Source of the DNA: a virus
Virus record (IMG/VR): IMGVR_UViG_3300034022_001261
Length of the DNA stretch: 64,000 nt
Reading direction: 5' to 3' (one strand)
The notes beneath the pieces are model-generated. The model saw nothing but the letters and a program-made list of their open reading frames with translations, had not been told where the DNA came from and did no database searches. Below, one piece after another: positions 39,306-51,200 of the stretch; within the stretch, counting starts at the first letter, position 1, and every line of letters starts with the position of its first letter. Position numbers and translations under genes: made by a program.

Positions 39306-40342
39306 TGGCTCCAACAAATAGGTCTCCGTATCGTCCATTTACTTCATTCCTTCCTTATGATTTAAAGACTACTCCAATTAGTGGAGGAAATGGAAATGGT
39401 TTTTTTGACCCATTAAATCAAGAAATAGATCTCCAATGGGGTGGAGCTAGGCAAGACGAAGCTTTCAATAATTATTATGATTATTTTTTTTCTGGAGAAG
39501 ATGTAAAAATATTTATAGATGGATTATTTGATCCAGCTGACGAAATGGATATAGCCTCTATGGCCTACGTAGTCAAGCAAGAAAAGCAACCGTTGTATGG
39601 CTTTTGGTCGTATAACTACGATGCCATGATGAATGGTACTAGATTAATTACTGGAGAATTTTCAATATACTCTAGATACCCAAGAAGGATGACTTCCTTA
39701 TTGGAAAAAGCTGCAAAGGTAAGATCTGAAAGTTCAGGAACTAATCCACCATCTTCCGTAATTTCTTCTTTAAACTCATCAAATGAATCTCAAGCTGACG
39801 AAGTAAATATAAATAAATATTGGACTAGCACTCAATTAGATAGAGTAACCTCTGATAGGTCAGGTCAAATGAGCATAGCGGATCATGAAGATGGTGGTCA
39901 TAATATTTTTAGCGCTCATCCACCATTTAACTTAGTTATATTTTATGGAGTAGAAGAAACAGGAATTACATCTAATTCTATTTTAACTTATAAATCTGGT
40001 ACTGAAATTAATCAACAATTAAATTCTGATAGAATTTTAGCTACGGACATCAATGAAAGAAGCTCTATTAGTGCCAGTAATAGTCCAATGAAAATTGTTT
40101 TACAAAATGTACAACTAGTATCGATGTCTACCGCCTATCAAAGTGGAGGCCAACCCCTAGTTGAAAATTATCAATTTATAGCTAGAGACTTCTACTTCTC
40201 CAATGCTGACATAGGCGATAAGCCATTTATGGATAAGTCAGCCACTGTGCCAAGTGCAACGGAAAACACTGCGACTACAGGGACAACAACTTCAACTACC
40301 ACAGCTGGAGTACAAGTTTCTGGAACTGGCACACAACCTTAA
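39305..40342 (+). CDS. Divergent third tube-fold paralogue
   Basis: FSGEDVKIF...KQEKQPLYGF...GTRLITGEFSI follows the same pattern. Confidence 0.55.
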   Translation: MAPTNRSPYRPFTSFLPYDLKTTPISGGNGNGFFDPLNQEIDLQWGGARQDEAFNNYYDYFFSGEDVKIFIDGLFDPADEMDIASMAYVVKQEKQPLYGFWSYNYDAMMNGTRLITGEFSIYSRYPRRMTSLLEKAAKVRSESSGTNPPSSVISSLNSSNESQADEVNINKYWTSTQLDRVTSDRSGQMSIADHEDGGHNIFSAHPPFNLVIFYGVEETGITSNSILTYKSGTEINQQLNSDRILATDINERSSISASNSPMKIVLQNVQLVSMSTAYQSGGQPLVENYQFIARDFYFSNADIGDKPFMDKSATVPSATENTATTGTTTSTTTAGVQVSGTGTQP

Positions 40343-40410
40343 TAACTTGCTCAGGCAAAGTTTTAATGGTATTATGATATAATTCTAGAACATACTTTTA
40401 AGGAGTAAAA

Positions 40411-40920
40411 ATGTCAAATGAAAAAAAGGTAGTCATCTCTGCAGACGAAGACACTATTGAAGAGCTTAATCTTGAAGAGGTTGCTACTTCTGAAATCCCA
40501 TCTATGTTAGACGATCAAATCAATGATGACTTAGGTCCTCAGTCCGTAGAAGACTTAGACGACGCTGAAGAAATTTGGGACAATGGCCCAACTGCTGGCA
40601 TGATTAAAGCATGGAAAGAACTTCATGGCGATGTATATGTTACTTCTTTAACTTTTGAAAAGCATGTTGTTTGGAGAACTTTGGCTCGTAGCGAATACAA
40701 GCAATTGGTTAAGAAGATGGAGCAGCTTGTCCAAGCTGGTCAATTATCTACTGCAGAAGCTAATCTTTGGAACGAAGAAGCAATTACAGAGATCTGCTTA
40801 CTATTCCCGGACTACACTAAAGTATCTATGGCAGACGATATGGCTGGAATTCCTTCGCTTCTATCTCAAGAAATTCTTGAGGCATCTGGTTTCGTAGCAC
40901 TTGAGGTGCGCCAGCTTTAA
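40411..40920 (+). CDS. Putative tail assembly chaperone
   Basis: Acidic 169 aa (WKELHGDVYV...VWRTLARSEYK) upstream of the tape measure. TG-A-TATAAT at 40375-40383 precedes it. Confidence 0.6.
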   Translation: MSNEKKVVISADEDTIEELNLEEVATSEIPSMLDDQINDDLGPQSVEDLDDAEEIWDNGPTAGMIKAWKELHGDVYVTSLTFEKHVVWRTLARSEYKQLVKKMEQLVQAGQLSTAEANLWNEEAITEICLLFPDYTKVSMADDMAGIPSLLSQEILEASGFVALEVRQL

Positions 40921-41550
40921 ATGATAGATCCTGAAGTTCTTGTAGAATTAAAGATTAAATATGGTCCCCTTTATAGCGTTAGCGTAAAGGGGATTGATCT
41001 TCTCTTTCGAGAATTAACTTTTGGAGAGTTCGACAGAATATCAGAATACCAAAATTCAGATGGTTATTCTTCCGCCGATGCCGAGGATTTCATCCTAGAA
41101 AAAACGGTAGTATATCCTGAGAATTTTAATATAGATAAAATTCCAGCAGGAGCTGTAAGCGCAATATCTGAAGAAGTTTTAGATGCTTCCGGCTTTGCTT
41201 CTGCCCGTGTAGCAAAAAGGATCATGGACCAAAAGAGGTCTGAGGCCGGCGAAGTAAGATCATTGATGAAAGCCTTTGTACTCGCTACTATTAACACATA
41301 TACCCCAGAAGACTTAGATAATTTTACTTTTTCTCAATTAGCAGAAAGAGTTGCATTAGCTGAAAAAATTATAGAAATCCAGCAATCAACTTATGGCATT
41401 GAGCCAACGCAAATTAAACTAGACATCATTGATCCAGAAGAAGAGATGATGAAGCAGCAGGCGATAGCTGCTCAACACGATGCGAAACGCAAAGAAGGCG
41501 AAGCACGCTATAACGATCCGATTGCCCAAAAACTTATGGGTAGTTTGTAA
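40921..41550 (+). CDS. Second putative tail assembly chaperone
   Basis: LKIKYGPLY...FRELTFGEF resembles the preceding ORF. Lies just before the tape measure. Confidence 0.55.
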   Translation: MIDPEVLVELKIKYGPLYSVSVKGIDLLFRELTFGEFDRISEYQNSDGYSSADAEDFILEKTVVYPENFNIDKIPAGAVSAISEEVLDASGFASARVAKRIMDQKRSEAGEVRSLMKAFVLATINTYTPEDLDNFTFSQLAERVALAEKIIEIQQSTYGIEPTQIKLDIIDPEEEMMKQQAIAAQHDAKRKEGEARYNDPIAQKLMGSL

Positions 41551-41565
41551 ACTTAGGAGAAAAAA

Positions 41566-44500
41566 GTGTTCAGAGATAGAGGGCCAATACATAACATAGG
41601 TTATGGCGTATCTTCTCGTGAACTACCTTCCGAAGAAGGCGAAACAGAGACGCCAAGTCCTGGCAGTGGCAGGATAGCAAAGGCCCTTGATGGCCACCCA
41701 ATGATGAAGTTCTTGGGTTCTGCAGCTACCGCAATGGTAGTTACAACTGTAGCATCCAGATTAACCAAATCAGGTGGGCTAAGACTAGGAAAGTTTTTAC
41801 AAGATTCCTCTGACGCAGCAATTAAAGCTGGCCATTTAGATAGACCATCTACTAGACTGGTAAAAGGAATCTTAGACCTTAGACAGGGTCTTGATGAATT
41901 AGAATCCGTAAATCGCCAAATTGGTGGAGTAGATGATTATTCTAGATTAGTTGAAAAAGTTGATGGAAAATTAACCACTGGGTATGATGGAAGAAGGAGT
42001 GCTAGAAAATTCTTTGCACCCCTCAGTGAACAGGGTAGGAAGACTACTGGAACTGGCGTAAGTAGCGAATCAAGCGAAGCATTCTTGATGAGGGATCAAA
42101 TCCAGAAGCAGTTAGTTCGAGCAGGCAGAAGAATGCCGTACGAACTTCCAGCACTATATGTAACACAAAAAGCAGTTACTGAACCTCTGTTTGGCCACAA
42201 TCAAGATAAGAAGAAAGTTAATTGGTATAATCCAGCAGACGTTTTAACTGATTTTGTTAAAACATCTACAATCAACGTAGCTACAATGATTTTGCCATTT
42301 GAGGCTTTAGGGGCTGCTGGAGCTGCTGGAAAGAGTTCGCTAACAACTTTGGCCAGCTCTATGAATGACTTGAGTGCCTTAAGTCCAATAAAACAAAAGA
42401 CAGCAGCATTTGCATTTGATCTAAGATCACTCCTTGCTGAAGTTGGACACGATGCTTCAGATGTGTTGAATAAAGGTATCAAACTTTCTTCAAGAACAAG
42501 TGGAGCATTTGCTGCTGGAGTTCAGGAAGCAGATAAATCTCAGCCTGAATTTTTGCAAGCTTGGAGAGCTGCTAGACACGGTGCACAAGATGCCAGCAGA
42601 AGAGCTTCTGACGCAAACGCTGGTAAATTAAAAACATTAACAGCTGGAGCAAAATCTTTTTTTGTAGCTGAGTCTGATGATGGCTTTGGAGTTTTAGATT
42701 CTTTTCCTGGCCTAAGAGGAATGTCTTCTGGCTTTAAAGGATTTAAAAACCAGTTTCATGCGCTTGGTGTTGCACATGATGTTGTTTCCGGAAAACTAAC
42801 AAGAGAACAAGCTTTAGGTAACCTAACAAAAAAGTTTAGTTTAGATAAACCAGATATCTTAGATGAAGCTTTAAAACAAAACCATACTAGGCTAAAACTT
42901 AAAGGACTTACTGGAACTGATTCTAAAACTATTTTAGATAATTCTATAAATAAAATACAATCACAACATTCAAGCAACTTAACAAGACTAGCACACGACT
43001 TCGATGCTTTAGGTAAGGGTGGTCCATCTTCAGAAAGATTTACATCAAGTAGCTTTTATCAAGGTAGGCTAAGAGATGAATACAAAGATCAATTAGAAAA
43101 CAAATTAGTATCTAGGCATAGTATTGATAGAAAAACTGCAAAAAGTTTTGTAGATAACTTAAAGGTTAATGAACTACCTAGAAGAAATTCTTCGGTATCT
43201 TTAGATAAAAGAATTGCATTAGGAAGAAAAGCAATCAACTTAGAGGGTGATGAATTTTTTGATGAAATCATTAAACGTTCTCAAGGAATAAAAGGTGGAA
43301 AAGATTTTGCTAGTGCAATTCCTAAAGGCAGTGCTCTTAGAGAATCTCTAGAAGAAGTTGATAGATTATTTGTATCTCAAGACTTTAGAAAAAATTTAGA
43401 TTTAAATATTCGTTCTCAATGGAATCAAGTATCTAAAAATCAAATTGGGGAACAAGTATCTTCAATACTAAAGCCAACTAAACAAAGTTATACTGACTTT
43501 GTTGGAGATTTAACTAGTGAAAAGAAAAGTTTTCTATTAAGAAAAACTGCAAAAACATTAGGTATTCCATTAACGGAATCTAATGGCAAGTTACTTTCCG
43601 AAAACGTTTTATCTAAAAGCATAGCGCAAAAAGGTTTTGATCCAACTGACTTTGGATACATGAGAGATTACCTTCTTGAAAATAAGGGTTTAACAACAGG
43701 ATTTTTTTCTGGGTCTGGAAGTATATTTGGTTTAAGACCAGTTCTAATAGATGAGGCTGTTGAAAGAGGAATGTTCTCTCACTTGTCGGAAGAGCAACAA
43801 CAAGCAATTAATCAAATAGCTTCTCTGCAGGCTAGTAGAGATCCATTAACTAGAGGACTTGGCTCAGCGACTGAAACTCTTGGGCAAACAAGAGTTGGCG
43901 GAGTCTACCAAACTAGAAATGGAGAAATATTAGACTTCACTAAAGTTAAGAGCGTTTTCTCCAACGCTAAAGATTTCATGGCTTCTGAGTTTAAAGTTCC
44001 AATTCTCAACTTTAACCCAGCTGATATGTTTGGCTATCAATCCTTAAGAGCTGCTAAAGAAGCTCCTCTTATGCAATATGTTTCCTCTAGATCCGTTCAA
44101 CCATTTTTGGGGGCAGAATCTGCTAGACCAGATTTTTATCTATTTACAAAGAATAAAGGCTCTAAAGGTTCTTTAACAGGTTTCTCACAAGACGAAAGAG
44201 GAATACTTAATGCTCAAAGATTAGCTGGTTCATATAGGCCAATATCTTCTTCTAGTACAGAATTAATTAGTCGAGAAGCAAGAAATGCAGCAGGGTTAAG
44301 TGGACAATCAGCTGATGAAATAGCGGGTACAACTGGAAGAATGGCTAGGTTTAGAAAAGCTTTTGATATTGATTCAGAGCAACCAAACTCTTTATTTAGA
44401 TTAGCTCAAAGGTTTAGAAAACGTTCTTATGATATTGAAAATCCAGCTACAATGGCTAAGCTTATCAGAGACAAGTCAATTACCTACAGGCAAAAGGGTC

Positions 44501-47500
44501 AAACTACAAGATTAACACTACAAGGGCTAGACGATCCTAAGGCAGCTCTATCTGTAGTTGATGATCTTGGTAATGTTAGATTCAATCAAAGAGAAATATT
44601 ATCTGCAGTTGATAGCTTTAGAGCTAGAACTTTTGGATCTGGGATTCATTCTAAAGTTAGATCTGAGCTTGAAGCTTCTAGGCCAAATCTATTCACATCA
44701 AATGGAGTAAGTTCTTCCCAAGTAACATCTCATCAAAGCTTTAAAGATGTATATGAAAAACTATTTGGAGACCTAGCAAATACAGTATCAAAGATAAGAA
44801 ATGCTGGAAAAGATCCAAGAGAAATAATAGCAGCTCATTCTAAGCTAAATAAATATTTAGACCAGTCTTACTTCAATGCTTCGTCTCAATTATCTGCTAG
44901 ATCAGGAGTCATCAACACAAGGTTAGATGAAGCGTCAAATGAAGTATTCAGGTTAATATCACTAAAAAACCAAATGCTCAATGAGACAGAAGATATATTT
45001 ACTCAGACTACAAAAGCAATTAGAGATCTTCAAAAGCAAGGCAAGATAGGTTTAAATGACGCTATAGAAGCTAGGATAGGAGCTTTAGGAAATCTATTCA
45101 ACTTTAGTGCACACGCAACATTTAAGGGAGAATTGTCTGCAGTAGCAAATGCAAAAAATGCTCTTAGGGAAGTATCAAGAAGAACTCAATCTAGTGAAGA
45201 TATAGCTTCATTATTCTCTCCTTTTACAACAGGTGCAGATTCTATGGTTGGAGCTTCAATCAGAAGGCCATTCTCTAGAGCTTTACCGTTTGTAAAAAGA
45301 AGATTTGGTTCTGCTCCATACCAAATAAGCGAAGACGCTGTCAACACTCTTGGTACTGGTCAAGACTTTACTTTTATCCCAACTTTTGGAACAGCTCTTG
45401 AGAGAGGCCCAGCAGCTGCCATTAAAAGCGCAATGGGATTTGGAACCTATAAAAACCAAGATGCATTCTCTACTGGATCAGTAGCTAGCTCTCATCTTGT
45501 TTCTAGAGTTAATAAATATTTTGGTACGTTCGGTTTACAATTAGATCAAAGTAAATATGGCGGACCAGTCGACATGTACATGCGTGGCATGGTCGGCAAA
45601 AGAGTATTACCAATTGTTGCTGGAGGTACAACATTACTAGCTGCAGATAGAACTATCGGTGGCTATACAAATGAAAAAGATAAAAATGGAGAAAGAGTTT
45701 ATTCTCCATTCTTTACAACAAAGATAGCAAGGGGTCTAGTTGAGACCCAAGCTATAGGAGCAGGTTTAATTCCTGGTGGAATGTCAGCCGAAGAAAAGAA
45801 GAAACAACTTCTTGAGGGCGAAGTTCCTATTAAGCAAGGTAGATTTTGGCCTCTGGGTAGTACACCTTTTATGGGTGGAAAAACAATGTACTATCGTCCA
45901 TCGTATTATCGCAAACTTAAAGAAGCTGGAACCTACACATCTGATTCATTTGAGTCTCCTTTAGAAAAGTTAGCTTATGGGTATGATTTCTCTCCATTAA
46001 GGCCACTTGACCCATATCGATTTGAGCGTCAACACTACGAAGATAGACCTTACCCGGTTAGTGGCGAATACTTTACGGGACCATTTGGTCCAGCTACTGC
46101 TCTAGCCAATATGACAGTTGGAAAACTGCTTAAGCCTCAAATTAAAATGCACGAAGATGAGCTAAAGCAAGGTTTAGCTAGCTACCAAAGAGCTGGAGAG
46201 TCTGGAGCATATGACTCCACAGGCTACATGGGAGCTTCTCAGGGGGGTTTTGGCGGTGGCATGGGGTACGGTGGCACTGGATCCTCTGGAGGTGGCTTAT
46301 ACGGCTCCTCAACGATGGCTATTGGGAACTATAACTCAAGATTATCTCAGGCTTCCGCCCCAATGGGAACTGCTAGCAGGCAGGTTAAGTCAACTATTGG
46401 TGGATATAACTCTACCCTAAGAGATGCCGTTGGCTATGGTCCACCTAAAGTAAGTGGCATAATGAGTCCTTCGTTAGTTCCCGCTGGGGAACCAGTTGAG
46501 TCCAATAAGCTAGGAATACAAGCTGGAGAATTAGGGTATAGAGCCCAAGAAATGGCTGGTATCTATGGTTTTGCTTTTGGTCAAGTAAGAGAATCATTTG
46601 GATTTGGACAAAGTGACTATGAGCCTCAAAGATCAGTTTTACAATCAGCAGCAAAGGGGTATGGCTCAACGAGATCATTCTGGGACCTTAACTTAGGTGG
46701 ACTTGGTGATGCTCCTATGGGTGGAGAAGGAGCTCTTGGTAATCTTGAAGTTTCTGAAGTGGTTAGAAGATTTATTCCAAAAGAAAGATCTAATGTTAAT
46801 TATATTAACCCAATTAGAAATACTATGGGAGAGAAATATCCGTTCTTGCCAGGAGCTGAATATTTTACTGACTTTCAAAGAGGAGATCCATTTACAAAAG
46901 TTGCTGATGGAGAAATCAGACTTCCTGGAAAGGGGTACGAAAGATTTAATACAGTCTCCGCTGACGAAACTGGAAAATATGGAAAGCTAAACCAATTAGA
47001 TATCCTTGCTGATATAGCTCCTTATTCTAAGCAATTTAGATCTTTAAATAATCAAATACAAACTGGTTCTCTTTCTCCTGATGAAAAATTAAAAGTACAA
47101 ACAATAAGAGATCAAGTAGCAGACACTACAAGTAAATATGATTTTACTCCATATAAGTATAAAGATTCTACAGCTGAAGAAATGGGGATGAATCCTAGAC
47201 TTCATACAGCAAGTAGAATTGGAGAATACTTAGCACATAGAGATACTTTCTTTAATACTAAATTCATGAACAAAAGAACTGCCACTGAAGATTGGGAAAG
47301 AAGAAATGTTTATGGCTCTACTTTCCCTGAGTGGCAAAGGCCATATGAGAGTTTTATTGAACCAATGGTTAATAAAGCTTCTCAAAGAAATCCAATAGTT
47401 GCAACAGCAGCAATGGCAGCAGCAGGCTCTATGTTTGGTAAAGGCATGAGAGGTAAGACTTTAGGCTCCATCATAGGCGGAGCAGCTGGCTTTGCTTCCT

Positions 47501-48210
47501 CAATAAGAGGCAACTTGCATGAAGCTATAACTGGTGATAGGTTTATCCCAGAAACAAGAAAAAAAGAATTAGCACTTGAAGAATATACTGATATTTTAAG
47601 TTATGTAAAAAATACAAGTTTAGCAAATCAAGCTCAAGCATCAGGAGATGCAGCAGCAGCAACTAGTTTCCAAACAGCAGCAAAAAGAACTATGTATGGA
47701 GCTGATTTAGAAACTCCATCATTAGAAACACTTTCCCTTTCAGTTCCAAAAAGAAAAAGAGAACACTTTAAGGCAATGATTAATGCTCCAGAAAATGAAA
47801 GAGAAAAAATTCTTTCAACAGCAGGAAGATTGGAAAGAAGAATTTATCAATCAGCTTGGGGAATGCCAGTAGAAGAAAAGCCTGATTTAGCTGATTATTT
47901 TTCTAGACACGAATTGCCATCTCAAAACTGGGAAGGTTGGCACCCAAATACCAATCTTGAACATGTAAAGATTAAAACTGGTGCTTCAATGGGTCTTGAA
48001 ATGTCTCAAATGGGTTACTATCCACAACAGATACGTGAAGCTAATTTAGCTAATCCATCTTATCCTTCTTTCTTTGGAGGAAACAATAGTCAAGATACGG
48101 GAGCTCAGCTTAGAGCAATGATGTCTCGCATGGGAGTTTCTGGATCAGTATCGCCGGTAAAAAATCCTTATGGATCAAATTCAATTAATATTAATGCAGG
48201 AGTTAGATAA
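41566..48210 (+). CDS. Tape-measure-like giant virion protein (2214 aa)
   Basis: GTG start with AGGAG RBS, helical Ala/Gly/Ser-rich composition, positioned after the chaperones. Confidence 0.7.
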   Translation: MFRDRGPIHNIGYGVSSRELPSEEGETETPSPGSGRIAKALDGHPMMKFLGSAATAMVVTTVASRLTKSGGLRLGKFLQDSSDAAIKAGHLDRPSTRLVKGILDLRQGLDELESVNRQIGGVDDYSRLVEKVDGKLTTGYDGRRSARKFFAPLSEQGRKTTGTGVSSESSEAFLMRDQIQKQLVRAGRRMPYELPALYVTQKAVTEPLFGHNQDKKKVNWYNPADVLTDFVKTSTINVATMILPFEALGAAGAAGKSSLTTLASSMNDLSALSPIKQKTAAFAFDLRSLLAEVGHDASDVLNKGIKLSSRTSGAFAAGVQEADKSQPEFLQAWRAARHGAQDASRRASDANAGKLKTLTAGAKSFFVAESDDGFGVLDSFPGLRGMSSGFKGFKNQFHALGVAHDVVSGKLTREQALGNLTKKFSLDKPDILDEALKQNHTRLKLKGLTGTDSKTILDNSINKIQSQHSSNLTRLAHDFDALGKGGPSSERFTSSSFYQGRLRDEYKDQLENKLVSRHSIDRKTAKSFVDNLKVNELPRRNSSVSLDKRIALGRKAINLEGDEFFDEIIKRSQGIKGGKDFASAIPKGSALRESLEEVDRLFVSQDFRKNLDLNIRSQWNQVSKNQIGEQVSSILKPTKQSYTDFVGDLTSEKKSFLLRKTAKTLGIPLTESNGKLLSENVLSKSIAQKGFDPTDFGYMRDYLLENKGLTTGFFSGSGSIFGLRPVLIDEAVERGMFSHLSEEQQQAINQIASLQASRDPLTRGLGSATETLGQTRVGGVYQTRNGEILDFTKVKSVFSNAKDFMASEFKVPILNFNPADMFGYQSLRAAKEAPLMQYVSSRSVQPFLGAESARPDFYLFTKNKGSKGSLTGFSQDERGILNAQRLAGSYRPISSSSTELISREARNAAGLSGQSADEIAGTTGRMARFRKAFDIDSEQPNSLFRLAQRFRKRSYDIENPATMAKLIRDKSITYRQKGQTTRLTLQGLDDPKAALSVVDDLGNVRFNQREILSAVDSFRARTFGSGIHSKVRSELEASRPNLFTSNGVSSSQVTSHQSFKDVYEKLFGDLANTVSKIRNAGKDPREIIAAHSKLNKYLDQSYFNASSQLSARSGVINTRLDEASNEVFRLISLKNQMLNETEDIFTQTTKAIRDLQKQGKIGLNDAIEARIGALGNLFNFSAHATFKGELSAVANAKNALREVSRRTQSSEDIASLFSPFTTGADSMVGASIRRPFSRALPFVKRRFGSAPYQISEDAVNTLGTGQDFTFIPTFGTALERGPAAAIKSAMGFGTYKNQDAFSTGSVASSHLVSRVNKYFGTFGLQLDQSKYGGPVDMYMRGMVGKRVLPIVAGGTTLLAADRTIGGYTNEKDKNGERVYSPFFTTKIARGLVETQAIGAGLIPGGMSAEEKKKQLLEGEVPIKQGRFWPLGSTPFMGGKTMYYRPSYYRKLKEAGTYTSDSFESPLEKLAYGYDFSPLRPLDPYRFERQHYEDRPYPVSGEYFTGPFGPATALANMTVGKLLKPQIKMHEDELKQGLASYQRAGESGAYDSTGYMGASQGGFGGGMGYGGTGSSGGGLYGSSTMAIGNYNSRLSQASAPMGTASRQVKSTIGGYNSTLRDAVGYGPPKVSGIMSPSLVPAGEPVESNKLGIQAGELGYRAQEMAGIYGFAFGQVRESFGFGQSDYEPQRSVLQSAAKGYGSTRSFWDLNLGGLGDAPMGGEGALGNLEVSEVVRRFIPKERSNVNYINPIRNTMGEKYPFLPGAEYFTDFQRGDPFTKVADGEIRLPGKGYERFNTVSADETGKYGKLNQLDILADIAPYSKQFRSLNNQIQTGSLSPDEKLKVQTIRDQVADTTSKYDFTPYKYKDSTAEEMGMNPRLHTASRIGEYLAHRDTFFNTKFMNKRTATEDWERRNVYGSTFPEWQRPYESFIEPMVNKASQRNPIVATAAMAAAGSMFGKGMRGKTLGSIIGGAAGFASSIRGNLHEAITGDRFIPETRKKELALEEYTDILSYVKNTSLANQAQASGDAAAATSFQTAAKRTMYGADLETPSLETLSLSVPKRKREHFKAMINAPENEREKILSTAGRLERRIYQSAWGMPVEEKPDLADYFSRHELPSQNWEGWHPNTNLEHVKIKTGASMGLEMSQMGYYPQQIREANLANPSYPSFFGGNNSQDTGAQLRAMMSRMGVSGSVSPVKNPYGSNSININAGVR

Positions 48211-51200
48211 TGCCAATGAATTTTCCTCCTAGTTATTATGCTCCTGAATATCTTCAAATGCATAGAAGAGCCTTGAAGAATACTATCTACGGTTCAGGTA
48301 ATGTTATCAAGGTAGAAATTGATTCTGGAAAAATAACTTATGTTATGAATGCTACTGGGATAAGATTCAATACCTATGAAGAAGCATTCAACGCAGCAGA
48401 TACTTCTGGTTTAACTGGTTTCGCTAGAGTGACAGGAGGCGGCCCTGGACAGTCCGGTTCGATGAGAGGATTAGGGGGATTTAACGAAAGAGTTAGATCT
48501 ATGAGGGAAATGTTAAGAACTGATAGTACTCTTAGGGATTCTCTTTCTTTTATTAATTCTCCGGCTGATCAACTAAGCTTCAGTATAGGGTCAGCTAGAA
48601 TCCCAGAAGGAGCTAAAGAAACAGCAAAAAATGTTTTGAAAGATGTTTCAGAAGGAAGAGGATTTATGTTTCAAACAAAAGACTCTGGAACCTTTGTTAG
48701 AGCTTTTGTTAATGGGGAAGAACTAACTGATGTTCAACTCAACGAACTTTTATATAAAACTAGTGATGGTGCCGGTGGATTATTCTCAAATGAGCAAATA
48801 CTCAAATCTCTGCAAGAGGGGAAGTTGGGAGAACTGTTTCAAAAAGCAGCCAAGAGAGGTAAGGGTATTTTTTCTTTAGATGGAATTTCTTTAGCTGGAA
48901 ACGATTTACTTAGCTTAGCTAAGGGCTTGGATTCTACTCATAGTACCTTTGGTGATTCTATTAAAATATTTGATACATCAAGTGATTTAACCAAAATAGC
49001 TTTAGCTTATTTAGAAGATACATCTCTTAGTGGAGAAGCTTTAGTTAAGAAAGCAATGTTTGGACTTTCCGCTAGAGAAATAAATGAAGCAGCTGCTTAT
49101 TATGGAAATTCCAATGCTGTTCAATCTGCATTAAATTCTATGGAAAGCCTTGGTATTGTATCAACTAAAGATGGAGGCATAGCAAGATTAACAAATGATT
49201 ACCCGGAAATAATAGAAGCATTAAAAGATCCATCAAAAGCAAAAGACTTAAAGGGAGAAGCATTAAAAAGGTATGAAAACTTAATGGAGCAATTCCAAAG
49301 GCCATATGATGGTTCTACTCTTATAAACAAAAAATTTTTAGACGGCATACGAAAAAACATGCAAGCAGAACTGAAAGTGCTAGAGAAGAAGGGAACTGCC
49401 AATCTAAGTCCAGAAGAATATGAAAAAATGAAATTTCTAAGAAGTGATATAGCCAATTCTGCATCAGGAATGGACTCAGAAACTATTCGATTTAATTTCA
49501 TGAGAAATGGTAGAACATTTAACATTAAAGGAGTTGGAACAACAGCTGAACTAGATTCTAGATTAAGTCGATATACTACAGTTACCTCTAAGGCTAATAT
49601 AAAAAAAGAATTAGCTATTATGGGTAAAACTGATATGGCTAATATAATCCTACAGGGCAAGGCAAAAGATTTAGTTTTTCAAGATCCACTTGCACCTGCT
49701 TTCCATGGTGAAATTTTTTCTTCACAAGAAGCAATAGATTCTACCATGGAAAGAGGCAATAGAATTCTAGCTTCTTATCAAGAGGCTTTAAAGACAGGTA
49801 ATATAGATAAAAGATTAAGAAAACAAATTTATGCAGCATCAGATATGGCGGTTGATGCACTCCCTTCCGAGTTTAGAACAAGTGCAGAAAGATCTAAACG
49901 CTATGCTAATCTTCTAATTGAAGCCTTAGAAAGCGGTAGAGACATAAGACAAATGCCGCAATTGTCGAACTACTTAATGAGCTTTGTTCAATCTGAAGTA
50001 GCTAGAGATAGAAAAGGAATAATGGAGCCAGTCATGGAAAATGTTTTTAGATTTTCAATTGACTCGGAACTAGCTTATTACTCAGGTAGAAAAACTACTG
50101 GCATAGAAAAAGCTACTTTAGAAGATGTTAGTAATTTTCGACTATCATCTAAATCTGGAGCACAAGAAATTGGTTTAATGAATTTTAAAATTAGAGGGCA
50201 TAAAATGTTAACCTCCGGAAACGCTGCTAATATATTTCACCATTCTTTGGGAACATTTGACTTAGACGACAAAGGTATTCCAATGATGAGAGTCATGGAT
50301 ATTTTTGGTGAACGTGGAGAAAAAATTGGCGAAAGAATTGGATTCTTTACAATTCGTCAACCAACTGGACCTGCAGAATATGTATTGTCTATGGCTCAAT
50401 TTGACACAGAAACAATTAGAGCTACATTTGGAAAAAATCAAAGTTACGTTGCTACCTTAAATAGAGTTGTAGCTGATGGAACCGCTACCCTAGATCAACA
50501 ACTGCTTCATAGAATTGTTTCTCCAGAAGATATGACAGCAAAAGAAATGATGGCATTTGATACGCGTCATGCGCAAATGTTTAGAAATCAAGCATCAATT
50601 CACGAGACAATGATTAAAACTATGGAGCAATCTGAAACTCCAATAGCAAGAATTAGCCAAGATATTGTTAATGATTTAATTGGCGAAAAATATGGTTCTA
50701 CGTTAGCTATGAGTAAAGATAAATATGATCGTTTGCTAGGAGCTGGATTTGATGAAAAACAATTAATGGCGAATTACAGACAAGGTAATATTTTTAAATT
50801 GTTTGCGGAGTCGGGAGCTTATGATTTTGAAAAAGATTCCATTCAACAAATACTTGATGAAACTAGTTTATTTTCTTCTTCCGAAAGAGCTGAGATAGGA
50901 AGACTATCGGCAATTGACGGCGAGGGTGTAAAAATACAAAGTGCTTTAGCCAAGATGATGCAAACTGGAACACCGGAACAAGTTGCTAAAAAGGAACTTT
51001 TTATTTCTAATTTAACAGCTAGGGAATTTGGGATAAAACAATTAAGAGCGGCAGAAACAGCAGATTCTCTTGGACTTTATATAAATAGATTAACCATGGT
51101 AACAGCTTCAACTAGACAAGGTGACGAAATACTAAAGCACTTAGATGCCGCTGATGTTCTAAAATTAAAACAAAATTATAAAGTTGGATTAATAGATCCT

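Noticed and set aside
40900-40925. Possible lambda G/GT-type frameshift or readthrough between the two tail chaperones (CTT TAA ATG, same frame)
   Set aside because: Both ORFs are in the same frame, TTTAAAT is not phased as X XXY YYZ, and the second ORF has its own ATG with GAGGT upstream. Readthrough cannot be excluded but has no support.
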